64,000 bases of DNA from NCBI RefSeq assembly GCF_017302975.1, contig NZ_JAFIMT010000003.1; one strand, 5' to 3'. The stretch's first letter is position 1, and every line of letters begins with the position of its first letter. This stretch comes from Corallococcus exiguus. GTDB lineage: Bacteria > Myxococcota > Myxococcia > Myxococcales > Myxococcaceae. A model generated the notes under the pieces. It was not told the DNA's origin, ran no database searches, and saw only the letters and a list, made by a program, of their open reading frames with translations. The position numbers and the translations under genes are program-made. Shown here in pieces: positions 18,283-28,100 of the stretch.

Positions 18283-18945
18283 ATGCGGAACCAGACCATC
18301 GAGGCGGCACTGGCGAAGAATCCCCACCGTGAGCAGCTGATCAAGCACCGGTTCTTCGAAGTGGTGGATGAGAAGGCCTTCAGCCGCGATCAGGCGGAGC
18401 TGGTGCTGGGTCAGTGGTGGCACCCCCTGCACTATTTCCCCACGTTCCTGGGCAAGCTGATCGCCGTCTGCCCGCAGATGGAGATGAAGACGGCGGTGAC
18501 GCACATCCTCAACCAGGAGGTGGGCGAGGGAGACCCGGCGCGCGCGCACGAGCGCTTCTTCATCCAGACGATGACGGACGCGGGCTTCACCCAGGCGGGC
18601 GTGTCCGAGGCGGACATGACGCCCGCGACGCGCCGGCTCATCGACGGGTACCAGCGCTCCACGGACAGCCACCTCACCGGCCTGGGCTTCCTCTACGGCA
18701 CGGAGGTGGCGGACCTCACCATGGTGGCCAAGCTGGGCAAGCTGGTGCGCCGCACCACGGGCCTCAAGGCCCTGCCCTGGGTGGACATCCACGTGAAGCA
18801 GGAGCCGGATCACGTGGAGACGGCCGGCCACACCATGGGCCTCGCGTACACGGACGAGGAGTTGGCCACCATCACGCGCGGTGCCGAGGAGATGTGGCAG
18901 CTGTGGGTGGGTTTCTTCGAGGAGCTGCGCAACCGCGTCGTCTGA
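18283..18945 (+). CDS. haem-oxygenase-like fold protein (TenA/PqqC/CADD-type; candidate haem-oxygenase-like diiron oxidase)
   Basis: GGAGG SD 7 nt upstream of the ATG. All-helical composition with conserved acidic and His positions (QEVGEGD, AHERF, HVKQEPDHVE) and a WWHPLHYFP segment typical of the PF14518-like iron-containing redox enzyme family. Confidence 0.65.
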   Translation: MRNQTIEAALAKNPHREQLIKHRFFEVVDEKAFSRDQAELVLGQWWHPLHYFPTFLGKLIAVCPQMEMKTAVTHILNQEVGEGDPARAHERFFIQTMTDAGFTQAGVSEADMTPATRRLIDGYQRSTDSHLTGLGFLYGTEVADLTMVAKLGKLVRRTTGLKALPWVDIHVKQEPDHVETAGHTMGLAYTDEELATITRGAEEMWQLWVGFFEELRNRVV

Positions 18946-19122
18946 GCGGCCGCCTGCGTCAAGCGCAACCCCCCGGAATCCGGGCGCTTTCACACGGAAC
19001 ACTGGCGAATCTCTCCAGGTAGGGTAGTCACTCCCGCGTCACGGGAGTGTCACCCCCAAGAGGCGCCACCACGCTCCCGCGGCTGACAGCTCCTGTCCCT
19101 CCAGGCGCCGAGGGAGATCCCC

Positions 19123-19749
19123 ATGCTCGAAAAGCTGATGCCGAAGTCGGACGAGTTCTTCGACGACTTCGACGCGCAATGCGCCAGAACTGTCGAGGGA
19201 GCAAAGCTCCTACACGAACTCCTGGGCGACTTCCGGGACGTGCCCACGCGCGTCCAGGCCCTCAAGGACGTGGAGCACAAGGGCGACGAGGTCACCCACA
19301 CGGCCTTCAACCGGCTCCACCAGCAGTTCATCACCCCGTTCGACCGGGGGCAGATCCACACGCTCTTGTCGCGCATCGACGACGTGTTGGACCTGACCAA
19401 CGCGGCGGCGGCCCGCCTGCTGTACTACGAGATCGAATCCACCCGGGCGGATGCCACGGAGCTGGCGCGGCTGCTGGTGCTCTCCACGCTGAAGGTGCAG
19501 GAGGTCGTCGCGGCGCTGCGGCTGATCAAGAAGCCGGAGCAGATCCTCGCGGGCTGCAAGGAGATCAAACACCTGGAGTCCCAGGCGGATGAGGTCCTGC
19601 GCGCGGGCATGGGCCGGCTGTTCAAGAGCGGCGTGGACACCCTGACCATCATCAAGTGGAAGGAGATCTACGACCTCATCGAGACGGCCACGGACAAGTG
19701 CCAGGGCGTGGCCAACGTCATCGAGGGCGTCGTGCTGGAGCACAGCTGA
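19123..19749 (+). CDS. DUF47-family (PhoU-like) phosphate transport regulator
   Basis: GAGGGAG SD. The sequence (MLEKLMPKSDEFFDDF...) matches the conserved DUF47/YkaA family that is normally encoded immediately upstream of PiT. Its stop is 1 nt before the PiT ATG. Confidence 0.85.
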   Translation: MLEKLMPKSDEFFDDFDAQCARTVEGAKLLHELLGDFRDVPTRVQALKDVEHKGDEVTHTAFNRLHQQFITPFDRGQIHTLLSRIDDVLDLTNAAAARLLYYEIESTRADATELARLLVLSTLKVQEVVAALRLIKKPEQILAGCKEIKHLESQADEVLRAGMGRLFKSGVDTLTIIKWKEIYDLIETATDKCQGVANVIEGVVLEHS

Positions 19750-19750
19750 G

Positions 19751-20776
19751 ATGCTGCTCGCAGCGGTCGTCGCCATCGTCATCGTCGCGCTCGTCTTCGA
19801 CTTCATCAACGGCTTCCACGACGCGGCGAACTCCATCGCCACCGTGGTGTCCACGCGCGTGCTGTCGCCGAACCTGGCTGTCGCCTGGGCCGCGTTCTTC
19901 AACTTCATCGCGGCCTTCGCGGGCGGCGTGCACGTGGCCAACACCATGGGCAAGGGCATCATCAACTTCGAGATGCTCCGCGCCGCCGGCCCCACCGCGG
20001 TGCTGATGGTCATCTTCTCGTCGCTGATGGGCGCCATCGTCTGGAACCTGCTCACCTGGTGGTGGGGGTTGCCCTCTTCGTCGTCGCACGCGCTGGCGGG
20101 CGGGATGATTGGCGCCACCCTGCCCGTGCTGGGCTTCGAGGGCCTGGTGGGCAGCGGCATCGCGCGCATCGCGGCCTTCATCGTGCTGTCGCCGCTCATC
20201 GGCATGACGCTGGGCATCGGGATGATGCTGGCCAGCACCTGGGCGGTGCACCGTCAGACGCCGCTGCGCGTGGACACCTGGTTCCGCCGGCTGCAGCTGG
20301 TGTCGTCCGCCATCTTCTCCTTCAGCCACGGCACCAACGACGCGCAGAAGGTCATGGGCATCATCGCGGTGGTGCTCTTCGGCACCATCTGGCGTGACCG
20401 CCCGTTCCACATCGACTGGTGGATGATCATCTCCTGCCACGCCGCCATCGCGCTGGGCACGTTCTTCGGCGGCTGGCGCATCATCCGCACCATGGGCCAC
20501 AGCCTCACGAAGCTGGCGCCCATTGGCGGCTTCAGCGCGGAGACGGGCGGCGGCGTCACCATCATCGCGCTGGCGGAGCTGGGCATCCCCGTCTCCACCA
20601 CGCACACCATCACCGGCGCCATCGTCGGCGTGGGGTCCACGCGCGGCTGGCGGGCCGTGAAGTGGGGCACCGCCGGCCGCATCATCTGGGCGTGGGTGTT
20701 CACCATCCCCGCCGCCGCGCTGGTGTCCGTCATCGTCTACGGAATCACGCTGGCCGTGGTTCGGATGGTGGGCTGA
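19751..20776 (+). CDS. pit: inorganic phosphate transporter, PiT (PHO4) family
   Basis: Polytopic membrane protein with the duplicated PiT signature GFHDAANSIAT and its second copy GTNDAQKVMGII. Translationally coupled to the DUF47 gene. Confidence 0.9.
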   Translation: MLLAAVVAIVIVALVFDFINGFHDAANSIATVVSTRVLSPNLAVAWAAFFNFIAAFAGGVHVANTMGKGIINFEMLRAAGPTAVLMVIFSSLMGAIVWNLLTWWWGLPSSSSHALAGGMIGATLPVLGFEGLVGSGIARIAAFIVLSPLIGMTLGIGMMLASTWAVHRQTPLRVDTWFRRLQLVSSAIFSFSHGTNDAQKVMGIIAVVLFGTIWRDRPFHIDWWMIISCHAAIALGTFFGGWRIIRTMGHSLTKLAPIGGFSAETGGGVTIIALAELGIPVSTTHTITGAIVGVGSTRGWRAVKWGTAGRIIWAWVFTIPAAALVSVIVYGITLAVVRMVG

Positions 20777-20831
20777 AGAAAGCTTGGGGCGCGGGGGAGC
20801 AGTCCCCCGCGCCACCTGCTGCTGCCCTGCC

Positions 20832-22619
20832 CTACTGGACGACGCGGACGTTGAGGGACGACGACGGTCCACCCACGGCCGGCGGCACCCAGGGCACCAC
20901 CTTCTTGTTCTGCCACTGGACCAGCTTCAGCGACGGGTCCTCCAGCGGCACGTCGAAGGTGTAGGAGATGCGCGTGGGTCCTTCCGCGTCCGCCTCCTCA
21001 ATCTTCACCGTCATGCCCTTCATGTCGAACTCGTCGCCCTTGTGCACCGGGTGGCGCGCGGCGCGGTGGATGCGCTCCTCCACGGAGTCCAGGAAGTGGC
21101 CGCCCTTGGTGAGCTCCAGCTCCACCGAGTTGGGGCCGGTGCGCGTCACCTTCTGCTCGTAGAGCGAATAGGACAGCACCCACCAGGCCTTCGGCAGCGG
21201 ATTGCCCGAGGACCACCAGCGCACGGAGCCGTAGATGCCGATGATGCCGTTGGGGGCGTTGAGCACCACCACGCGCTGATTGGAGAGCTTCGTCTGATCG
21301 AACGCCTCCTCGTAGCGCGCCTGCACGCGCCCCATGAGCGCGTCCGCCTGGGAGTACTGCTCCATGGTCTGCCACCAGAGGTACGGCGAGCCCACGACGT
21401 GGATGAGGGCCATCACCGCCGCGCCGGCCAGCACCGCGCCCGCGCGGAACGTCTTCGCCCGCCCCTTCCACGCGTGGCGCAGCACCACGGCCAGGCCCAC
21501 CGCCATGCCCAGGCTGGGCACGATGAGCGTGCGCGAGCCGGCGAAGGCGGAGTTGGACATCCACGTGGCCACGAACGCGCCCGTCAGCATCCAGCCCACC
21601 GTGCGGCGCTCCGCGGACTCCAGCCGGGGCCACACGCCCCACACCAGCAGCGCGAACAGCGTGAAACCCACCGCGCCCAGGATGGTGAAGAGGGGCACCA
21701 GGGACTGGTCGAAGATGAAGTCCGGAGGCGCGTTCAGCGTCAGGCCCGCGATGGCGGCCGGGACGCGCCCGAGCATCGCCTGGAACCACGCCACGGGCGT
21801 GCCCAGGGCGTCCAGGTACATGTCCGAGCCGCCGGCGCCGTAGCCCATGGCCCGGTACGCCGCGAAGTAGAGGGCCATCAGCACGCCGAAGGGGATGAGC
21901 CCCTTGATCTTGTCCTTCGCCTGCCCCGGGCCGGAGAAGGCCTCGTAGGCCAGCACGTACGGGCTGAGGATGACCATCGTCTCGCCGCACAGGAGCGCCA
22001 GCGCGAAGGACACCAGCGCGCCCACCAGGCTGCTCGTGCGCTTCTCCTCCCGCCACTTCACGTGGAGGAAGATGCCGAGGACGCCGAAGAGCAGCGACAT
22101 CACCACGCTGCGGTAGGACAGCCAGCCCAGCACCGCCGCGTGCGAGCCCCAGATGGCGAAGAGGAACATCGCCACGCCCGCCACCGCCGTGGGCAGCACG
22201 CGCTTGAGCAGCACGCCCGCCAGCACCACCAGGCCCACGTACCAGAGCAACGAGTGGAACTGGTAGGCCACGGCCACGCGGTTGTAGAGCACGTGGTCCA
22301 GTCCGTAGAGCAGGCTGCCCAACGGCCGGAAGAACGCGACGCGCACGGTGGGCTCCACCCACCACGGGAAGACGCCCACCTGCGCCAGGTGCAGCGTGTG
22401 CTCCGGGATGCCCGTGGCCGTGCGGTACACGTCCAGCGGCGTGTTCCCCAGCGGCGCGGGCGGCGGAATGTTGTCCCAGACGCCCAGCCAGATGAAGTCA
22501 TCCGGCATGAATCCCGAGCGCAACGCGAGCGCGCCCAGCGCCACCGCGAACACGATGGAAATCCAGAAGTAACGCTTAAACGGCCAACCCGGGGCGGCTG
22601 GCGGAGGAGAAGTATCCAT
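20832..22619 (-). CDS. large polytopic membrane protein, unknown function (possibly a glycosyl/arabinosyl-transferase-like fold)
   Basis: More than 10 predicted TM helices in the N-terminal 400 aa and a soluble C-terminal domain. Protein-like composition. ATG at 22617-22619. Confidence 0.65.
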   Translation of the reverse strand: MDTSPPPAAPGWPFKRYFWISIVFAVALGALALRSGFMPDDFIWLGVWDNIPPPAPLGNTPLDVYRTATGIPEHTLHLAQVGVFPWWVEPTVRVAFFRPLGSLLYGLDHVLYNRVAVAYQFHSLLWYVGLVVLAGVLLKRVLPTAVAGVAMFLFAIWGSHAAVLGWLSYRSVVMSLLFGVLGIFLHVKWREEKRTSSLVGALVSFALALLCGETMVILSPYVLAYEAFSGPGQAKDKIKGLIPFGVLMALYFAAYRAMGYGAGGSDMYLDALGTPVAWFQAMLGRVPAAIAGLTLNAPPDFIFDQSLVPLFTILGAVGFTLFALLVWGVWPRLESAERRTVGWMLTGAFVATWMSNSAFAGSRTLIVPSLGMAVGLAVVLRHAWKGRAKTFRAGAVLAGAAVMALIHVVGSPYLWWQTMEQYSQADALMGRVQARYEEAFDQTKLSNQRVVVLNAPNGIIGIYGSVRWWSSGNPLPKAWWVLSYSLYEQKVTRTGPNSVELELTKGGHFLDSVEERIHRAARHPVHKGDEFDMKGMTVKIEEADAEGPTRISYTFDVPLEDPSLKLVQWQNKKVVPWVPPAVGGPSSSLNVRVVQ

Positions 22620-22840
22620 GTTTCAAAGATCTATCAGCACGGCCCCCACACGAGATAGGTCCTCCTGGGTCGTCCGCTGCCACCGGAAACACGCGGAGTG
22701 CGGCGCGTGCGATGGAGATCCTTTGCCACCGCCCGGACTCCGGGTGATCCTCCGCCGACGAAGGGGGACGCGGTCCGGCAGGTGAAATCACGAATGCGAG
22801 CGCGCCTCGTTTCGTCCGCGCCGCCGCCGGGCCCGCACGC

Positions 22841-24256
22841 ATGCGCATCGCCATCATCGCCACGTACACCCATCCGACCCGGCTGCGAATCAAGGAACCC
22901 TCCATCATGCAGTCCTCCGTGCCGGAGCTCATCGCGGGCCTGTGCCCGGAGCACGCGGAGGTGGAGATCTTCAACGAGAAGGAGGCGGAACTGCCGTTGG
23001 ACCGCCACTGGGACCTGGTCTTCTTCTCGTACCTGCACTCGTACTACGAGCACACCAAGGTCCTCTCCACCCTCTTCCGTCAGCGCGGCATGACGACGGT
23101 GGCGGGAGGCCGGCACGCGGGCCACTTCCCCGACGACGCGGCGAAGTACTTCGACGCGGTCATCACCGGGGAGCCGGAGTCCAACGTGCCCGCGCTCATC
23201 GCGGACTTCGAGAAGGGCGAGCTCAAGCCCCGCTACAGCCTGCCGTCGCAGGGCGCCGCCGCCATCCGGCCGTACCGCTACGAGCTCATCGACTTCAAGC
23301 ACAACAAGGTGCGCCTGCCGGGCATCGAGGCGTCGCGCGGCTGTCCCTTCACGTGCAACTTCTGCGTGCTCACCGGCCACGAGCGCTACCGCTTCCGGCC
23401 CATCCCGGAGGTCATCGACGAAATCCAGACGCGCATGCGCTGGAACCCGAACTTCCTGGGGCTGATGGGGGACGCGTTCGTCTTCCTGGACAACAACCTG
23501 GGCGGCTCGCCCAAGTACCTGCGCGCGCTGTGTGAAGCGCTCATCCCGTTGAAGAAGACGTGGGGCTGCGCGCTCACCTTCAACGTGCTCAAGGACGAGT
23601 CGCTGGTGAAGCTGATGGCGAAGGCGGGCTGCCGCTACGTCTACACCGGCCTGGAGTCGCTCAACCCGGACTCGCTCAAGGCGATGAACAAGGGCCAGAA
23701 CAAGCTGTCGGAGGTGGACGCCGTCATCCGCCGCGTCTTCTCCGCCGGCATCCTGCTGTCGTTCGGGCTCATCGTCGGTTCGGACGGCGACACCAACGAG
23801 TACCTGCACCGGCTGCCGGACTACCTGGCGGACCTGAAGTACTTCTCCGTCACGTTCCTGGGCATCGTGTGCCCGTATCCGGAGACGCCCTTCTTCCGCG
23901 AGCTGAAGGCCGAGGACCGGCTCTTGCCCGGCACCACCAGCCGCGACTACGACGGCTACACGCTGTGCCACCGGCCCAAGCAGATGCACGCGTCGGAGGT
24001 GGTGGAGCACTTCCAGCGGCTGTGCCACACGCTGGGCAGCCTGCCCAACATCGCGCGGCACTACGCGTCCAAGCTGATGATGAGCGACCTGCCCCGCTAC
24101 AAGCAGACCATCCTCTTCTCCGGGCCGGAGATCGTCAGCATCCGCAACCCGGTGAAGAACAAGGAGCGCCGCTACATCGCGGGGCTGGATGCCATTGAAG
24201 CGTGGGACGCGGAGCGGATGCCCGCGCTGGGCCTCACGCCGCAGGTCCTGACCTGA
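22841..24256 (+). CDS. B12-binding-domain radical SAM enzyme (class B rSAM)
   Basis: N-terminal cobalamin-binding-like Rossmann region, then the radical-SAM cluster motif CPFTCNFC (CxxxCxxC). Its 3' end overlaps the convergent desaturase gene by about 23 nt. Confidence 0.85.
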   Translation: MRIAIIATYTHPTRLRIKEPSIMQSSVPELIAGLCPEHAEVEIFNEKEAELPLDRHWDLVFFSYLHSYYEHTKVLSTLFRQRGMTTVAGGRHAGHFPDDAAKYFDAVITGEPESNVPALIADFEKGELKPRYSLPSQGAAAIRPYRYELIDFKHNKVRLPGIEASRGCPFTCNFCVLTGHERYRFRPIPEVIDEIQTRMRWNPNFLGLMGDAFVFLDNNLGGSPKYLRALCEALIPLKKTWGCALTFNVLKDESLVKLMAKAGCRYVYTGLESLNPDSLKAMNKGQNKLSEVDAVIRRVFSAGILLSFGLIVGSDGDTNEYLHRLPDYLADLKYFSVTFLGIVCPYPETPFFRELKAEDRLLPGTTSRDYDGYTLCHRPKQMHASEVVEHFQRLCHTLGSLPNIARHYASKLMMSDLPRYKQTILFSGPEIVSIRNPVKNKERRYIAGLDAIEAWDAERMPALGLTPQVLT

Positions 24257-25145
24257 TCCGGGACGGCAGGCGCACGTCCCACGCCAGCCCCAGGGCCTGG
24301 AGCGCTCGGATGAAGAGCCAACCCGGGTCCCACTGCCACCACACCCAGCCGTGCCGCGCGGACGCGGGGAAGGCGTGGTGGTTGTTGTGCCAGCCCTCGC
24401 CCAGCGCGAGCACGCTCACCCACCACACGTTGCGGCTGTGGTCGCGCGTGTCGTGGACGCGCTTGCCGAACGCCGCGTGGCACACGGAGTTCACCGCGTA
24501 GGTGCTCTGCATCCAGCACACCACGGGCAGGAAGAAGTACGCGGGCACCGTGCGCCAGCCGAACGTCAGCCCCACGAAGAGCACCCCCAGCACCTGCGGC
24601 GCGATGCGGTAGCGCAGGAGCCAGTGGTAGTAGCCGTCTTCCGCCATGTCGCGGCACCAGGTGCGCCAGCCGTCCTCTTCCGTGGAGGACTCGTTGAGGA
24701 TCCACCCCATGTGCGCGTACCAGAAGCCGCGCAGCGGCGAGTGCACGTCCCCGTCCGCGTCCGCCTTCGCGTGGTGCAGCCGGTGGTTCGCGGCCCACAG
24801 GAGCGGACTGCCCTGCGCGGTGAGCATGGCCACCGACACCAGCGCGTACTCCACCCAGCGGGGGCACGCGAAGGCGCGGTGGCACAGGAGCCGGTGCAGC
24901 CCCACCGTCGTGCCCAGGCCAATGGACACGTACACGGCCAGCGCCACCGGCAGCGCGTACGGCGGCCAGGGCAGGAAGAACGCCAGCGCGGCCAGCCCGT
25001 GGACCACGAGCATGTAGATGACGATGACGGGACTGAGCTGGAAGCGGAGCGGTGCGGTGATCATGGCCCGGTGCGGAAGTCGAAGAAGAAGCACGCAGTC
25101 TAGGAGCCCCGCCTGACGGGACAAGGAATGCGTCCGGCGCGTCAC
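24234..25145 (-). CDS. acyl-CoA/acyl-lipid Delta9-type desaturase (DesC/stearoyl-CoA desaturase family)
   Basis: Family-diagnostic boxes GLHRLLCHRAF, ANHRLHH and GEGWHNNHHA. Two start options: GTG at 25145, which forms a GTGA overlap with the stop of the upstream cyclase gene, or ATG at 25067. Confidence 0.85.
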   Translation of the reverse strand: MTRRTHSLSRQAGLLDCVLLLRLPHRAMITAPLRFQLSPVIVIYMLVVHGLAALAFFLPWPPYALPVALAVYVSIGLGTTVGLHRLLCHRAFACPRWVEYALVSVAMLTAQGSPLLWAANHRLHHAKADADGDVHSPLRGFWYAHMGWILNESSTEEDGWRTWCRDMAEDGYYHWLLRYRIAPQVLGVLFVGLTFGWRTVPAYFFLPVVCWMQSTYAVNSVCHAAFGKRVHDTRDHSRNVWWVSVLALGEGWHNNHHAFPASARHGWVWWQWDPGWLFIRALQALGLAWDVRLPSRIRSGPAA

Positions 25146-28100
25146 ATCACGCGAGCGTCACGGGACCGGGAGGCCTGGGACGCCACGAGCGCCTCGACCG
25201 GCGGGGCCTGGAGGGTGGCCTGGAAGCGGTCCATGCGGCGCAGCTCCGCGCGGGCCTCCACCTCCGTGAAGATGGCGCGCGCTCGGGCGAGGAACTCCTC
25301 GCGCCGGTTCGGCAGCGCCACCGCCGCGTCGAAGTAGGCCACGCCCGTCTCCCAGCGGTTGGGGCTCTTCTCCAGGACGGCGATGGCCTCCAGGAACACC
25401 GGCTCCGCGGCCTTGGGCCCCTTGCGCAGGGCCAGCGAGCGCGCTGTCACGCGCAGCGCCGGGCCCTTCAGGTACGGATAGAGCCTCGCGATGACGCGCG
25501 CCTTGAGGCAGGACAGCCGCACGACCTTCAGCAGCTTCTTGCGCGGCACCACCGTGGCGCCCTCCTCCAGCGCGAAGAGGGCCGCCTCCGCCGCGTCCAC
25601 CAGCCCCACCTGGAGGAAGGGCACCAGCACCTGATAGCTCCAGATGCTCTCGAAGCAGCGCACCGCGACGAGCGCCGCCTCCTCCACCTGGTGCTCGCGC
25701 ACCGTGACGTTGGCCAGGTGGTTCAAGCTGGCGCACTGGTTGGCCAGGTCCGCCACCTCCTCGCTGATGCGCAGGCCCTGCTCCAGCTCCGCGCACAATT
25801 CGCCCACGTCACCTTCGCCCAACAGGTAGCGGCACATGGGCGCCCACGAGTGCGCCCAGCCCTGGTGCATCAGCGCGTTGAGCTCCACGCCAATGGTCCC
25901 CATCTGCTCGTAGAGCGCCACCGCCGTGCGGAAGCGCGAGTGGAGGAACTCGCCCGTGGCCTGCATCATCAGCGACGTCTGGCGCTCCCAGCGCTCGCCC
26001 ACCTGGCGCAGCGTGGAGACGGCCTCCTCCTGGAATTCGCGCGCGCGCTCCAGTTCGTTGGCGAAGAAGGCCTGGATGCCCAGGCGGCTGAGCGCGAGCC
26101 CCTCCGCCACCGGATCCTTGGAGCGGCGCGCGTACTCCAGCGCCTTCTCACAGTGGTAGCGCGAGCGCTTGAGCAACCCCGCGCCGAACAGGAGCGTGCC
26201 GTAGTAACCGCGCGCCATGCTCATGGCGTAGTCGTTGCGCGAGCGCTCCGCCATGTTGGTGGACACCAGCGTCGCCCAGGTGAGCTTGGTGATGTCCGCG
26301 AAGTAGTAGATGCGGATGAGCGAGTTGAGCGTGGACAGCTGCTGCAGGTAGTTGCCCAGCCTCGCCGCCGGCAGCGGGCGCAGGATGAAGGGCAGCAGCG
26401 TCGCGAGCCCCCGGAGCAAGAGGTTCGCCAGCGTGCGCAGGCCCAGCGCGGCCAGGCTCCCGGGGAGGCTGCGGCCCCTCAGCACCAGCGACTTCTCCAG
26501 GTGCTGCGTGGCGAGCGCGGACTCGCCCTTCTCCTGGTGCGCGCGGCCCAGGCCCAGGTGCAGCTCCGCCTGGAGCGGGGGCTCCTCCTCGTCCACCAGG
26601 CACTGCTCGAACATCAGGATGGCGTTGGCGTAGTGGCCCGCCTGGAGCAGCGTCTCCGCCAGCTCCTGCATCACCCGGCGCGTCTGGAGCAGCGTCACCT
26701 CCGGGTCCACCGGGACGACGGTGCCGAGCAGCTCCAGGCCCCGATTGTAGTGGTAGAGCGCGTCGTCGTTCGCGTACTGCGCCCGCGCGCTGCGGGCCGC
26801 CATCAGCGTGTACGCCAGGCCCTTGTCCTCCACGTTGCCCGCGAGGAAGTGGAACGCGAGCAGACCCGCGGAGCCCGCGAGGTTGTCGTTGGCGCGGGCC
26901 TCCAGGTAGCGCGCGAGCCGGCGGTGCAGGTCCTCACGCGCCGACACCAGCAGCGTGTTGTAGGCCACGTCGCGGATGACGATGTGCTTGAAGAGGCAGG
27001 TGTACGGCTCCTCCGTCTCCAGCAGGATGAGGCCCAGGCGCTGGAGCGTGTCCATGGCCTCGCGCAGCACGCCGTGCCCCAGCGTGGGCACCAGCGCCGC
27101 CACCGCGTCCAACGTGAAGATGCGCCCGATGACGGACGCCACCTTCACCACCAGCTTCTCCGTCTCGCTGAGCAGGTCGATGCGCGACAGCACCACGTCC
27201 TGGATGGAGTCCGGCAGCAGCAGGTCCTGGAGGCCGCGCTTCACCTCCATGCGCGGCGAGCCGGGCTCCACCGGGCCCAGGTAGCCCTGCTCCGCCAGGC
27301 CCTCCACGATGGATTCGATGAAGAACGGGTTGCCCTGCACCTTCGCGAGCAGCCGGTCCTCCAGCGCGACGTCCGGCGGCGACAGGCGCAGGTGCACGCG
27401 CAGGAGCGCCCGCGTGTCCTCTTCGTCCAGGCTCGTCAGATCCACCGGGACGAACTCCGGCAGGTCGCGCAGCCCGCGCAGCTGGTCGCCCGGGCGCATC
27501 GTGGCCAGCACCATGATGCGGTGCGAGCCCACGCGCACCGCCAGGTACTGGAGCAGGTCCAACGAGATGTAGTCCGCCCAGTGCAGGTCCTCGAAGAAGA
27601 GCAGCAGTGGCTGCGCGCGGCTGAGCTTCTCCAGGAGCTGGAAGATGATCTGGAACACCTTCTGCTGCTTGCGCCGCGCGTCCATCCCCGCCGTGGCGGA
27701 CGTCTCCTCCAGCGACATGCCGAGGATGCCCGCGACCACGGGAATCCACTCCGGCCCCACGTCCTCCAGGCCGTCCAGCCCCTGCCGCAGGCGCGCAAGC
27801 TGCGCCTCGGTGTCGTCCGAGTCGTGCAGACCGAAGGCCTGGAGCAGCACCTCCTTCCAGGGGAAGAAGGGGGTGAAGGCCTCGTAGGAGTAGCAGACGC
27901 CGTACAGCGCCCGGGCGCCGCCCTCCTCCGCGTCCTCCAGCACGCGCGCGCCCAGCCGCGACTTGCCGATGCCCGCCTCGCCGGACACCACGCTCACGCG
28001 GCCCTGGCCCGCGAAGGCCGCGGTGAGCGACGCGTGCAGCACGTTGAGCTCGCGGCTGCGGCCGATGATGTCGCCCCGACCCTTGATGAAGAGGCCTCGG

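Noticed and set aside
20784-22658. 624-aa plus-strand ORF and 455-aa minus-strand alternate-frame ORF over the large membrane protein gene
   Set aside because: Extreme Arg/His/Gly content. The chosen frame yields more than 10 coherent TM helices.
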